Assembly: GCA_032718475.1 (NCBI GenBank)
Contig: JAUCBJ010009106.1
Location: 1-64,000 of the forward strand
DNA: 64,000 bases
From: Nemertoderma westbladi
Taxonomy: Eukaryota > Animalia > Xenacoelomorpha
Direction: 5' to 3'
Part shown: positions 12,301 to 26,355 of the stretch, piece after piece
Numbering within the stretch: position 1 is the first letter of the stretch
How the letters are laid out: each line of letters opens with the position of its first letter
Program-made: the position numbers and the translations under genes
The notes under the pieces: generated by a model
Told to the model about the DNA's origin: nothing
What the model saw: the letters and a program-made list of their open reading frames with translations, nothing else
Databases searched by the model: none

Positions 12301-15300
12301 GGACTGTTGGTGTATGTTTTGGACTTTTGGTGTATGTTTTGGACTTTTGGTGTATGTTTTGGACTGTTGGTGTATGTTGGACTGTTGGTGTATGTTTTGG
12401 ACTGTTGGTGTATGTTTTGGACTATTGGTGTATGTTTTGGACTGTTGGTGTATGTTTTGGACTTTTGGTGTATGTTTTGGACTGTTGGTGTATGTTTTGG
12501 ACTGTTGGTGTATGTTTTGGACTATTGGTGTATGTTTTGGACTATTGGTGTATGTTTTGGACTTTTGGTGTATGTTTTGGACTGTTGGTGTATGTTTTGG
12601 ACTGTTGGTGTATGTTTTGGACTTTTGGTGTATGTTTTGGACTTTTGGTGTATGTTTTGGACTGTTGGTGTATGTTATGGACTGTTGGTGTATGTTTTGG
12701 ACTGTTGGTGTATGTTTTGGACTGTTGGTGTATGTTTTGGACTGTTGGTGTATGTTGGACTGTTGGTGTATGTTTTAGACTGTTGGTGTATGTTTTGGAC
12801 TGTTGGTGTATGTTTTGGACTGTTGGTGTATGTTTTGGACTGTTGGTGTATGTTTTGGACTATTGGTGTATGTTTTGGACTGTTGGTGTATGTTTTGGAC
12901 TTTTGGTGTATGTTTTGGACTGTTGGTGTATGTTTTGGACTGTTGGTGTATGTTTTGGACTGTTGGTGTATGTTGGACTGTTGGTGTATGTTTTGGACTG
13001 TTGGTGTATGTTTTGGACTATTGGTGTATGTTTTGGACTTTTGGTTTATGTTTTGGACTGTTGGTGTATGTTTTGGACTTTTGGTTTATGTTTTGGACTG
13101 TTGGTGTATGTTTTGGACTTTTGGTGTATGTTTTGGACTTTTGGTGTATGTTTTGGACTGTTGGTGTATGTTTTGGACTTTTGGTTTATGTTTTGGACTG
13201 TTGGTGTATGTTTTGGACTGTTGGTGTATGTTTTGGACTGTTGGTGTATGTTGGACTGTTGGTGTATGTTTTGGACTGTTGGTGTATGTTTTGGACTATT
13301 GTTGTATGTTTTGGACTGTTGGTGTATGTTTTGGACTGTTGGTGTATGTTTTGGACTGTTGGTGTATGTTTTGGACTATTGGTGTATGTTTTGGACTATT
13401 GGTGTATGTTTTGGACTGTTGGTGTATGTTTTGGACTTTTGGTGTATGTTTTGGACTTTTGGTGTATGTTTTGGACTGTTGGTGTATGTTGGACTGTTGG
13501 TGTATGTTTTGGACTGTTGGTGTATGTTTTGGACTATTGGTGTATGTTTTGGACTGTTGGTGTATGTTTTGGACTTTTGGTGTATGTTTTGGACTGTTGG
13601 TGTATGTTTTGGACTGTTGGTGTATGTTTTGGACTATTGGTGTATGTTTTGGACTATTGGTGTATGTTTTGGACTTTTGGTGTATGTTTTGGACTGTTGG
13701 TGTATGTTTTGGACTGTTGGTGTATGTTTTGGACTTTTGGTGTATGTTTTGGACTTTTGGTGTATGTTTTGGACTGTTGGTGTATGTTATGGACTGTTGG
13801 TGTATGTTTTGGACTGTTGGTGTATGTTTTGGACTGTTGGTGTATGTTTTGGACTGTTGGTGTATGTTGGACTGTTGGTGTATGTTTTGGACTGTTGGTG
13901 TATGTTTTGGACTGTTGGTGTATGTTTTGGACTGTTGGTGTATGTTTTGGACTGTTGGTGTATGTTTTGGACTGTTGGTGTATGTTTTGGACTGTTGGTG
14001 TATGTTTTGGACTGTTGGTGTATGTTTTGGACTGTTGGTGTATGTTTTGGACTGTTGGTGTATGTTTTGGACTGTTGGTGTATGTTGGACTGTTGGTGTA
14101 TGTTTTGGACTGTTGGTGTATGTTTTGGACTGTTGGTGTATGTTTTGGACTATTGGTGTATGTTTTGGACTGTTGGTGTATGTTTTGGACTTTTGGTGTA
14201 TGTTTTGGACTGTTGGTGTATGTTTTGGACTGTTGGTGTATGTTTTGGACTATTGGTGTATGTTTTGGACTGTTGGTGTATGTTTTGGACTATTGGTGTA
14301 TGTTGGACTGTTGGTGTATGTTTTGGACTGTTGGTGTATGTTTTGGACTGTTGGTGTATGTTTTGGACTGTTGGTGTATGTTTTGGACTGTTGATGTATG
14401 TTTTGGACTGTTGGTGTATGTTTTGGACTTTTGGTGTATGTTGGACTGTTGGTGTATGTTGGACTGTTGGTGTATGTTGGACTGTTGGTGTATGTTTTGG
14501 ACTGTTGGTGTATATTTTGGACTGTTGGTGTATGTTTTGGACTGTTGGTGTATGTTTTGGACTGTTGGTGTATGTTTTTGGACTGTTGGTTTATGTTTTG
14601 GACTGTTGGTGTATGTTTTGGACTGTTGGTGTATGTTTTGGACTGTTGATGTATGTTTTGGACTGTTGGTGTATGTTTTGGACTTTTGGTGTATGTTGGA
14701 CTGTTGGTGTATGTTGGACTGTTGGTGTATGTTGGACTGTTGGTGTATGTTTTGGACTGTTGGTGTATATTTTGGACTGTTGGTGTATGTTTTGGACTGT
14801 TGGTGTATGTTTTGGACTGTTGGTGTATGTTTTTGGACTGTTGGTTTATGTTTTGGACTGTTGGTGTATGTTTTGGACTGTTGGTGTATGTTGGACTGTT
14901 GGTGTATGTTTTGGACTGTTGGTGTATGTTTTGGACTTTTGGTTTATGTTTTGGACTGTTGGTGTATGTTTTGGACTGTTGGTGTATGTTTTGGACTGTT
15001 GGTGTATGTTATGGACTGTTGGTGTATGTTTTGGACTGTTGGTGTATGTTTTGGACTGTTGGTGTATGTTTTGGACTGTTGGTGTATGTTGGACTGTTGG
15101 TGTATGTTGGACTGTTGGTGTATGTTGGACTGTTGGTGTATGTTTTGGACTGTTGGTGTATGTTTTGGACTGTTGGTGTATGTTTTGGACTATTGGTGTA
15201 TGTTTTGGACTGTTGGTGTATGTTTTGGACTTTTGGTGTATGTTTTGGACTGTTGGTGTATGTTTTGGACTGTTGGTGTATGTTTTGGACTATTGGTGTA

Positions 15301-15976
15301 TGTTTTGGACTGTTGGTGTATGTTTTGGACTATTGGTGTATGTTGGACTGTTGGTGTATGTTTTGGACTGTTGGTGTATGTTTTGGACTGTTGGTGTATG
15401 TTTTGGACTGTTGGTGTATGTTTTGGACTGTTGATGTATGTTTTGGACTGTTGGTGTATGTTTTGGACTTTTGGTGTATGTTGGACTGTTGGTGTATGTT
15501 GGACTGTTGGTGTATGTTGGACTGTTGGTGTATGTTTTGGACTGTTGGTGTATATTTTGGACTGTTGGTGTATGTTTTGGACTGTTGGTGTATGTTTTGG
15601 ACTGTTGGTGTATGTTTTTGGACTGTTGGTTTATGTTTTGGACTGTTGGTGTATGTTTTGGACTGTTGGTGTATGTTTTGGACTGTTGATGTATGTTTTG
15701 GACTGTTGGTGTATGTTTTGGACTTTTGGTGTATGTTGGACTGTTGGTGTATGTTGGACTGTTGGTGTATGTTGGACTGTTGGTGTATGTTTTGGACTGT
15801 TGGTGTATATTTTGGACTGTTGGTGTATGTTTTGGACTGTTGGTGTATGTTTTGGACTGTTGGTGTATGTTTTTGGACTGTTGGTTTATGTTTTGGACTG
15901 TTGGTGTATGTTTTGGACTGTTGGTGTATGTTGGACTGTTGGTGTATGTTTTGGACTGTTGGTGTATGTTTTGGAC
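6371..15976. repeat. 20-bp satellite (GTTTTGGACTGTTGGTGTAT)n with 18-bp variants and higher-order structure; runs into the assembly gap
   Basis: About 9.6 kb visible; rare variants recur at fixed spacings (e.g. TTTTAGAC at 11665 and 12777). Confidence 0.98.
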
Positions 15977-16076
15977 NNNNNNNNNNNNNNNNNNNNNNNN
16001 NNNNNNNNNNNNNNNNNNNNNNNNNNNNNNNNNNNNNNNNNNNNNNNNNNNNNNNNNNNNNNNNNNNNNNNNNNNN
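15977..16076. other. Assembly gap (100 N)
   Basis: Run of exactly 100 N. Confidence 1.
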
Positions 16077-16144
16077 TCAGTCCACATCCCAGGACAGATA
16101 TGTCAGTCTACAGTACTCCTATGAAGCTTGGTTAAAGTATTTCC

Positions 16145-17846
16145 TGTGGGGCGGGCCATGAAGTGAGTGAGCCTTAGCGTAGGGGTACCATTAATCAACC
16201 TGTCATTCTATCATTCTGTCATTCTGTTGATCTGTTGCTTTTTTTGACGTTAATAACTCGATCAATCCTCGATGAAATGTAACCAAACTTGGTAGACAAA
16301 TAGTCTGTCAAAAGTTTAGAAATTTTCCAAGTTGAATTTGCTTGGGGCCTTCGTGCAGCACCAGTGTAACTGCGGATGTCTTACAGTTATAATAAATTTA
16401 TTTATCCAAAATTATAACGCTTGACTTCAGCGGGTTGCTAGGAGACTAAATCAGCTAGGTTTCTGGCAAATTCCGAAATTACAGTAATACCATTGTGTCC
16501 TGTCTGCCTGTACCGGTACTATACTCAATCCCTGAATCCAGGAATCAAGAATCCTGCAATCAGACAATACTGCAATACCATACTGTGTTCGGTGTTTTAC
16601 GGTACTGGCTGACTGGTATCGCGGTACCGGTGCAGTGATTATAGATCACGTATACTGGTACAGGACAGGCAAAATTCTGTAGGCCCTAATTAGCCATATG
16701 CACTGCAGTGCGGACTGCTGGGCTGCGGTCCTGAATTAGTTTAGAGAGTCTGTTCTGCCATTGGCGCCGTCCGCCATACCGCCCTACCTGCCTACTCCTA
16801 CTACTGTCATATTGTAGAACCGGACTGGTAGCAACTGCCAACTACAGAACTACCGGTACGGTACTGAACTACGACAGCACTATACCGCATTTCTACGCTC
16901 CTGTCAGCGATGAAAGAAAATTAATTTCTTCATTTACGGTTTCTGCTCTTGTTAACACGGATTAATATGTTAATTAAAGACTATGTACCGGCATACGACG
17001 GCACTGGCCAACGTATACTATGACGGCACCGGCAACTGGTATAATCAGATGTAGATGTACCGGCACATACCAATCTGCCAAGACAACAATAGCAATAGGC
17101 CTACCCCTACAAACCATCCATCGACTCTGGACTCGGCAACTGCAACCATGGAAGTTATGCGGACTAACCAGCTGACTGGCATTCTTAGTTCAGGTTCCCA
17201 CTACCACCAGAGTCTACCCAGCCTGCCAGCTACCCAGAAAAGTGTTGGAATTGAAATCAAACAACTCACCACCAAGACCACCTCTGTCTGTTACCTCTAC
17301 TTTCGGTATCGCTGCCACTACGGGCAAACTGGACTAACCGTAACCGAGGATGAAATAATTCGGTTTTTTAATCTCACTCTGCCATCACCCAGTGCCCGGC
17401 GGTGTTGAAATTGACACGCATTGTACAAGCAGTAGGCCTATTGCTCCGAGTTTCCAGCTGGCGGCAGTAATGAAGATGAGTACTGCGTTGACTATACTCC
17501 TATTAAACACCCGGCTTCGCATATTGAATGCATCGATAGTTATAAAGATCGATAGTCTGCGTTTAGGAATATATTTAAATACAAATCAGGGTGAGCACAA
17601 CGAGGATTATAATGAAGATGAGTACTGCGTTGACATACTCCTATAAAACACCTGGCTTCGCTATTGAACGCATCGATAGTTATAAAGATCGCAAGTCTAC
17701 GTTTAGGAAAAAAATTTAAATGCATATAAGGACGAGCGCAACAAGGCTTATAATGAAGACGAGTACTGCTTTTATTATATTCTAAATTTTAATTTGTGTC
17801 ACATAACTGAGCCTCGTGCTGCGCGAAGTCCCCACAAACGTGTTAC
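16145..17846 (+). mobile_element. Non-autonomous Helentron/HINE (DINE-1)-like element with central ~141-bp tandem repeats
   Basis: Ends TGTGGGG... and ...GAAGTCCCCACAAACGTGTTAC shared with 20601-21232; (CATTCTGT)n microsatellite near the 5' end; internal repeats start at 17468, 17610, 17750. Confidence 0.55.
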
Positions 17847-18289
17847 CCTCACTTACTTCACTACTCTTCTCGAGGTACAGTATTAAGGCTCTCCATACCC
17901 AGGTTTTTCCTGGCTGTTTAATTTGTCCGATGTGATCAATGTGGACTTTGTTCTAAATTGCTTGCGCTGTAATATTACTTTTCCCAGCAAAGTCAAATGC
18001 ATCCAGGAATTCCTCAATCAATCACTCATGGTGTAATCTGCATCATCATTTTTATAGTTTCTGATTTATGACTTACTCCCCAATGGTGATCCCACCCCTC
18101 ATATCATATTTTATGGTGGTGCACTTTGTTTATAGTTTCACTTAATGACCAACCCTTATACTATGTTTTCAATGTGTCTTGAATTTTACTACCATATGTA
18201 TGTACAGAAGTAAGCCTTCTATTCCATTGGTGCCATTAGATTTGATCTTTTAATTTTAATTTGCCGGCAATGACTGGATTATTTTTGTA

Positions 18290-19402
18290 TATTCCTTTAA
18301 CATTTCTGTATATTCCGCATTTCTAGATGCATCCAAAGCATTTGATCGTGTAAATCTATAAACCACTATAAATTGTTTAGGAAATTGCTTAATATTCATG
18401 TCCCTGTATGTATCGTGCGCATTCTTACCTATTGGTACAGTGAGCAATTAGTTTCATTGTGTTGGGGGCAATCAATCTCAGACACTTTTCATATATCAAA
18501 TGGTGTCACACAGGGTAGCTTGCTAAGCCCCTTGCTTTTCAATATTTACATTAATGACCTAAGTAAAGGACTTACTCAACTGAGTGTTGGCTGCTCCCTA
18601 GGAACATTGTTGTTAAACCATTTATTTTATGCAGATGACCTCTGTTTAATATCTCCAAGTATTTTTGGATTACGATTTTAGAATTTGACATAGTATTTAA
18701 CCCTACTAAGTCTCATTGCGAGTATTTTTGCCAAATTGTTTAGGTCGAGCTGGTGACGTTTTCATTAATGGTAAATTACTTTCCTTTGTTAAAGAGATAT
18801 CTTACCTAGGACATACTATAAGCATAAGCTGTAATCTTTCTGATGAATCTGACATTATGCACATGCGCAGTAATATGTATTGTCGAGGAAACCAATTAAC
18901 CCGACACTTTTCGCATTGTTCATTCTCTGTTAAAGTACAGCTCTTCCAATCTTTTTATTACTTACAGTTTATATTGTTGCTCATTATGGTCGATTTTTCG
19001 AGTAGAATGTTTGCATCAGATGAAGGTTTCATATAATACTGCTTTCTGTCTGATGTTCAAATATTCTAGAACTGATGATACTGATACTTTGTCTGTACTC
19101 AATAGGGTGAATACTTTTAAGTCAGTTCTGCGCTCCAACATTTATTCTATTTTTAACCGTGTACGTAAATCAAACAATGTTTTAGTTAGAGAATGCTACA
19201 ATAAGTGTTGTGATTCCTCAATTCTAATTGAGCGTTGGAATATTTTGATGGGCACCTTTGAGGTGATATTATGTAATGTTTGTAATCTATTACAATAAAA
19301 TTGTGCCATATGTATGTAAAATATATCTACAGTATATGTACTATGGGCTGAGTTCCCGAATATATAAATCAAATTATTAATAAATAATAATAATAATAAT
19401 AT
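18290..19402 (+). mobile_element. 5'-truncated, frameshifted non-LTR retrotransposon RT fragment (RTE-X-like) with (TAA)n tail
   Basis: FLDASKAFDRV, GVTQGSLLSPLLFNIYINDL, LFYADDL; TAA repeats at ~19378-19402. Confidence 0.8.
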
Positions 19403-21935
19403 AGGTAGAGTCTTGTCATATATTTTCCTTGTAGGGCTGATCTCGATGTTTGGTGGCTGCCCGAGCAAGTTGCTGAAATGATTTTTCCACTTTCCAACAC
19501 GTTCTTCAGGACTATCTGCTTTGAGGCGCCCCTTTGCACAACTTTTCCGACCAGATACCTCATTTACAGTTTACCAGGTAAGTCTTGATTGTTGCTGTAC
19601 GTGAGCAGTTGTAATTTCTCCAATCTTGTCCTGTTGTACTTCTCCTGGCTGATGTTGTAGGCCAATTTAAGATCTTCCTTAGTTTCTCAACCTTGTTCAT
19701 GTTTTCGGTTGTTGGTTGTTCGGTTTTAACTTTGTAGGCTATCTTAAGATCTTCTCTCTTACAAGTAACCTCAGAGTTTTGCTATGGCACATATTGTTTT
19801 CATTTGGGTTTCTGGGGAATATTGGCTCATTCCTTGTGGGCCTTTATTATAATCTGGTATATTGAATCGGTGGACTGGTCTTCATTCATTGACTGAAGTA
19901 CCTCAAAGCGATTTTGAACTTCTACTGTGTAAGCATCCTTTACTGCATTGTTCTGAGTAACTCTCAGTTCTGAGTTTCTCCCAGTCATAGTTGATTTGCT
20001 TGCTTGTCCTGGGTTTGCTGGCTCTCAAACTGAGTCTGATCTCTACAGTCACAATTCTGTGGTCCGAACCAATTAGGTTGAACGAGCCGTATGCCTCGCA
20101 GTTGATCATACTGTTTCTCCACTTTTTGTTTATAAGGATGTAATCCAGCTGTGCTTTGGTTCCTTTAGGGTATTGAAAGGTCCATAATTTCCCCTTACTC
20201 TTTTCGAATGAGGTGTTTGTTGGTATCAATTCACATTCTTCCATTAGGTCTAACAACAGAAAGCACCCATTTCTGTTCGAACTGTTGTTATAGGTGTAAC
20301 CCTTGATGTCTTCTGGGCCAATTTGAGCATTCAGGTCACCAGAAATTATTATGATTCGGAATGTCCTTTATAAGTCCAGTCAGATCTTCATAAAACTTGA
20401 CTGCTTCTTCTGGGTCTGAGGCATTGGTTGGACTGTAGCAACATATTACTGTTGTCTTGGGATTCCCATCAAATTTTGCAATCATGACCCTGGAATTTAT
20501 AGGTTCGATGTTGTTTAGGATCTCCAGTGCAAATGGGCTTAGCAGAATTCCACCAATTGCCACCAATTGATGCATTGGCCGAATTTCTTTCTGCTGAGCT
20601 TGTGGGGCGAGACACGTAGTCGGCGAGCCTTGGCATACGGTTCATATAGGGTAAATGGGGCATGTCCGTCTGTCTGTCTGTCCGTCTGTCTGTCTGTCCG
20701 TCCGTCTGTCTGGTAAATGTTTGAACGCGAATTTCTCGGCATCGCTGGTTCGGAATTGAACCAAACTTAGTAGGCAAGTAGTAGAGAGAAAGTTTAGAAA
20801 GTTTGTAAAGTTTGGTGAAAAATCATGCAGTCTGACGTCAGCTACGACAGATTTTGTGGTTTTTAGAAAATGTTAAATTTCTCGGGAAGGCCTCATTTTC
20901 CTGAGCTGAAATTTTGGTGGCCTGTAGAGAATCATGAAGTCTATCTTTTACGAAATTGAAAAGTTAAGACATTTAATTGGGGATCCGCTAGAGACTCAGA
21001 AGTAATGACATAGGCCTACCGGTACGGTACTGCTGTACAGTGCTGCACTGGTAAGTACAAAATTGCAGAATAACAATTTGACACCACCTAGCGGATTAAC
21101 ATATGATTGTATATCGAATGAATACATTTATAGCATGGGATATGGGGTTCAAACTAGACATGCCCCATTTGCTCTATATGAACCGTATGCCAAGGCTTGC
21201 CGACTACGTGCTGCGCGAAGTCCCCACGAACGTGTTACTAATGTCCATCTATTTCCAATGTCATTGTACTTCATGACAGTGTCGACAAGATAAATCCTAT
21301 GTTCTTGGATACAGATGATGTCGATGTTATATCCCATCGCCAGTGCTACCATATCACCCTGTTTGCTGTGTGCTTTCAGTGTGGGTGCATTCATTGTGGT
21401 AATCTTTAGTGTCTTTTTACATTTCAACAAGTGAGTTCTTCTTTCATCTCTGTCTTCTGTCCCAGTAGCTGATTTTTCGACCCTAGCCTGGTGTACCACT
21501 GGGGGACGCGGTCCTTGTTGACCCGGGCGATAACCGAGCCGGTATTTCTCATGGAGGGTTCTCATACTCATATCTTTCAATTGCGGGAGTAAATCGCTTG
21601 TGGTCGCAACTCCTATAAGACAAGCATCCTTGCAGTAGGCCGCCATTGGTTGATTACCTTCCGCCGACCTTGTCTGCATGGTTAGCCATTGGTTCATTAC
21701 CTTCAGCCTATCCATGGCCTACAGCCCTGCTGCCGACTGTAGGGATCCTTTTGTTACACCCTGAACCAAGTGTGCCTCCTGGGTTACGTTACCTAACACT
21801 GGTAGAGGAGCATCCAGTATAGACAGAGGGGCATTGCAGATGTATGCTCAATCCTTTGCCTTCAATGCTGCCCTAGGCACCATAGCCCTTACTTAGTTGA
21901 CGGGGGCTTACCAACCCACTCTTGATCAACTAAAT
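19403..21935 (-). mobile_element. RTE-clade LINE copy A: 5'UTR, APE endonuclease and linker; decayed, RT missing, interrupted by the element at 20601-21232
   Basis: IDIICIQEHR, CCYSPTN, QLDYILINKKWRNS, GSDHRIV; closely similar to 43540-44680. Confidence 0.85.
20601..21232 (+). mobile_element. Helentron/HINE-like non-autonomous element nested in the RTE copy
   Basis: ~60-bp subterminal inverted repeats (20602-20666 vs 21158-21227) and a (GTCY)n microsatellite; removing it restores the RTE frame WTLVT|SSAERNS. Confidence 0.7.
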
Positions 21936-22051
21936 AATGAATAGGCTACTGGCGCTGATCGGGCTGCCGGGCTGACAGCTACAGGCAGTACAACATTACT
22001 GCCATAGTGGTAGCAGGATCTGGGGACCCTGACCTGACCTGAAATTATACA

Positions 22052-22170
22052 CAATGAAATTCATCCCCTCTACAGGGGAAAATCAACGCAAATAGCATCT
22101 GATAACTCTTGAAAAAATAAATTTGTAACCTATATACTTTAGTTTATTGTTTTGGTTGGAATAACGTCAC
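22052..22170 (-). repeat. Interspersed repeat family member (other copies 25003-25135 +, 42014-42070 +, 62423-62560 +)
   Basis: Shared GTGGCACGTTATTCTAACCAAAACAATAAACTAAA...AGGTTACAGTTTTATTTTT...CCCCTG core. Confidence 0.7.
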
Positions 22171-25002
22171 ACTTTAATCTGTTCGTTCAATTAATTGATA
22201 ATTTAACATTAAGAGGAGCAGATTTCCATACCTACATTAAATTTATGAAAATCAAATTGCCGAATTTGTGCTCAAAAATGTGCTCAACAATTTGGATAAG
22301 CCCCCAAATGTAAAGTAAAAAACGTTAAGTAAAGCCTCGCCCATGGTATTTTTGTATTACTACATTGACTTAAATTTGAATCTAATGCTAGTTAGTTGGA
22401 CAGGAAAAGTCAAGCCCGTTATCAGCTATCTTACATCCCATTTATAGTTATTGAAACAGATATGTCAGTGATTTTTTATGGCAGAAAATACCATAGAATA
22501 CTAATATAAACAATAAATGAGAAGTAATGGAGGTTGGAGTGGATTATACAATTGTAATTCCTTTTACCAGGAAATTTACTAGAAACCAGCAAAATAGACA
22601 ATCCTGCAGCAAGCACATATTCCATGAATGCACACAAACTTAGTAAGAAGAGCTAAAAAGGGTCACGCCTTCTCAATTAATCTATTTTGAACCATGGTCA
22701 ACACTGATACATTGAGCAGACAAGAGCAGGACTGCAACACTGATCATATGAGGCAAACAGTATAAAGGGATGACATTTCGGCGCTGGAAAAATAATTATT
22801 TGTTTACCTAACACCTAAGGCAGTATTCAGTGAAACCAATCCCCTTTTTTCACGCATTGTACACCCATTGTTTGGAATGGCAGCTTTACAACTCGAGAAT
22901 CAGATAATTGGAGATTCTTTATCGCAGCCGCAACCGCAACATATTTTCGCTACTCTTCATAAGATTTTACGCTCGGGTGATGATAATTACAGGCGGTGCT
23001 CACTATACCGGCACGAACATTGGCCTTCTAGGATTCATTTGTAGTCAGTAGGGCTTTTTGGGTCATTTGTCACATTATCTACTTGGCATATCCATTATCC
23101 AATCTGTACTATAGTGATTTATTGATGGATCGTTCAGTTTTTATACATCCTGATACCGCCTTGTATAATTTGCTTACGTTTGTAGCTTACAGTTCCAACC
23201 CAGTAACTCAATATTAACTAATGATGACAAATCACTTTGTTGTAAAATAAAGGCACTTTATCCGGACGGAAATACTGCAGATTCACTCGCGGCACACGAA
23301 GAAAAAAGTACAAAAAAATATTCCAAAATACAGTTTACGGGGACATAATTAATAATATAATTAGACTGTGACAGACATACTGATACCCTGTATATTGGTG
23401 CTCACTCAAATGTAATTTAGGAACACATTTTATTGTGCTTTGATTAATGTTTAAAATTAATTAATTTTTAATTTAATTAATTTTAAAAAAGTTTTTATAC
23501 AATTATTAAATACTTAACTAAATATAAAACAATCCAATTAAATCGCATCGACTAAACAGAATAATTAAAATAATTAATGATCTAATTTTAGCGAAAATTG
23601 CGAGAAACTCTCCCTATTGAAAATACTAATTAAATCTTTGTTTACAGAAATAGAAGGAAGATAATTTACTTATTACAAATATAATTTATTATCATTGGGG
23701 AAGGGCAAGTGCTCCTTTTGGAAGCAGAATAATGTAATATGTGCCATTGTAGAAGAAAAATAATGTAGTATGTGCCATTGTAGAATAAAAATAATGTAGT
23801 TGTGCCATTATGGGGAAGCGATCAGGATTGGATCACCCTTAAGTGTAACGTGATACCAAACTAATTACCTACTTGAGGAAAAACATGTTAATTGTATTTC
23901 AAGTTTCTAATGTAATACCTTAATTAAAATATTTTTAAATGGTAATTTTTTCATAAAAGTTCAAAAATAAAATTGTCTGGGGAACCTGAAGTGGACATCC
24001 AATTTAAAAAAATAACAAGAAAAAACGTTTATTTCATTTTTTGATGGGAAACTTTTTATCATCATTAGAAATCGAAAATCGTAAAAATAAGATTTTTCGG
24101 CCACATCAATACAGAGCTAGAAAATTAAAATCAAAAAAATATTTTCATGAACAATAAATCTACATTCGACATATATTGTACTCACCTTAAACGAGCAATG
24201 GGGTGGTCAGATATATCATTATTACCGCACACTGGCAACATACTTACGGAATTTATATCCCCACCTGCTGCCCCAGGAAAACATCTCATTATGGAGTCTA
24301 TCTGGAATACCCAGGCATAAATATTGGTGTTCATGTTGGACTAATTATTGGTTAATTGATATTCCAAAGAGCCAATAAACTAATCGCAATGCGTCGTTAG
24401 CCACTGCAAATTGGTTTAGTACGGGGACCTTTGTATAATTATAAGTTGCTCTCGAGTTGCTGAGACGAGTACCCCTGGCTGTTAACTATGTCATATCTAA
24501 GATCAAAACTGATAGTAATCCAAGTGGCTACATGCCTGGAATTTAATATGGGAAGTTCGTTATATTTGGAATTCGCGTCAGGGGCAACCGCTGTTTAAGG
24601 AAATAGGAGCCGATAGAAACATCGATTATCTCTGTTCAAATGTTACTTTTATGTCTTTCATTATTAAATTCTCGCGTAACATTCCCATAATAGACAAGTT
24701 TTGTGTTTGGAATTATATTAAATGCTGATAAAACGTAAACGTATTAATAGATTATCTACTCCTCAATATTTTGCCTGACAGAGATTATAATATAGTCTCT
24801 ATAATAATATATATAAATTCACCATGTTATGGTGAATTTCATTAGCCTGCAGTTCCTAGTTCAGGTAAGTCGTCTACCATAAACATTGGTGATCTACATC
24901 CTAGATTTCGATCGATTGTCCACAAACTCAAGACTATTATTTTATTACAATTAATCCAGAATTCGGATAATTACAATCTGACACATCGATTTATAGAACT
25001 AT

Positions 25003-25135
25003 ACAGTGGCACGCTATTCTAACCAAAACATTAAACTAAACTCAATAGAACAGGTTACAGTTTTATTTTTTGTTGTAATCAGTTGTTATTTGCGTAGTTG
25101 TTCCCCTGTTGAGGAGTGAATTGTGATGGTGTTTC
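25003..25135 (+). repeat. Interspersed repeat family member
   Basis: Aligns by eye with 62423-62560 and the reverse complement of 22052-22170. Confidence 0.7.
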
Positions 25136-25816
25136 AAATCCCCCCCCCCCCCCCCAAATTCCCCCTCTCTCTCTCTCTACATGGGGGATTGGCCCCAAGA
25201 ATATTCTGCGGAGAAACCGTCAGAGTTACAATTGACCTGTTGATATTTCTTGTGATTCCCTATAAACACTACTGTGTCGCCCCCATGTAAACCGGTGATT
25301 TAGGATAAAGTTGTTTACATGACACCTGCTTCTCCAACTACACCATTAACATCAAAAAGATGTTTTCAGTAACGTGTCTTGTTAAGGTAGCGGTTGAGAT
25401 GTTATGACTCACCGCAGTAACTATCTTTCCCTATCACAACTGACACTTAAACTGAAGACACACACAGTGCATTAGTTAGCGTTAAACGGTTTTGATATGC
25501 CCCTACGAATTTAGCTTTATCAGCATGCGCCATCCATTACCGATTAATTTATTGATCGCTAACACATCTCGCTGAACAGAGCGATTGCTGAAGAGATACA
25601 AAAACTCTGTAACTTGATAATACAACGGGATCACAATGAAAGTTCCCAACATCAACAAAATAAGTGCGGATTCTTTGTATAAGTATGTAGGCCTGTATGA
25701 TTTGGAGCAGGACAGTGGGTTTCATTAGATATCTATTATTATTTCATAAAAAAAAACATAAAATTAACTATATTAGTTGCACACAGCACGAGAAATATAA
25801 ATTGTTGCCAAAAACT

Positions 25817-26355
25817 TTAAACCCGTTCGTTCGTGTCCCTACCCCCCTAAACAAGTTCGTTCGTGTCCCTACCCCCCCTAAACAAGTTCGTTCGTGTCCC
25901 TACCGACCCTACCCCCCTAAACCCGTTCGTTCGTGTCCCTACTGACCCTACCCCCTTTAAACCCGTTCGTTCGTGTCCCTACCCCCCTAAACCCGTTTGT
26001 TCGTGTCCCTACCCCCTTAAACCCGTTCATTCGTGTCCCTACCCCCTTTAAACCCGTTCGTTCGTGTCCCTACCTCCCTTAAACCCGTTCGTTCGTGTCC
26101 CTACCGACCCTACCCCCTTTTAACCCGTTCGTTCGTGTCCCTACCCCCCTTAAACCCGTTCGTTCGTGTCCATACCCCCCTTAAACCCGTTCGTTCGTGT
26201 CCCTACCGACCCTACCCCCTTTAAACCCGTTCGATCGTGTCCCTACCCCATTTAAACCCGTTCGTTCGTGTCCCTACCCCCCTGAAACCCGTTCGTTCGT
26301 GTCCCTACCCCCTTTAAACCCGTTCGTTCGTGTCCCTACCCCCTTAAACCCGTTC
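25817..26355. repeat. ~31-bp minisatellite (AAACCCGTTCGTTCGTGTCCCTACCCCCTT) with ~41-bp variants
   Basis: Direct reading. Confidence 0.93.

Noticed and set aside
6374-16161. Very long ORFs (up to 1816 aa) of CWCMFWTVGV repeats
   Set aside because: The 20-bp unit lacks stops in all three + frames; these are satellite translations.
22052-25135. Inverted copies at 22052-22170 and 25003-25135 as TIRs of a 3-kb transposon
   Set aside because: The same repeat occurs singly elsewhere in the window; no TSD or recognisable transposase seen.
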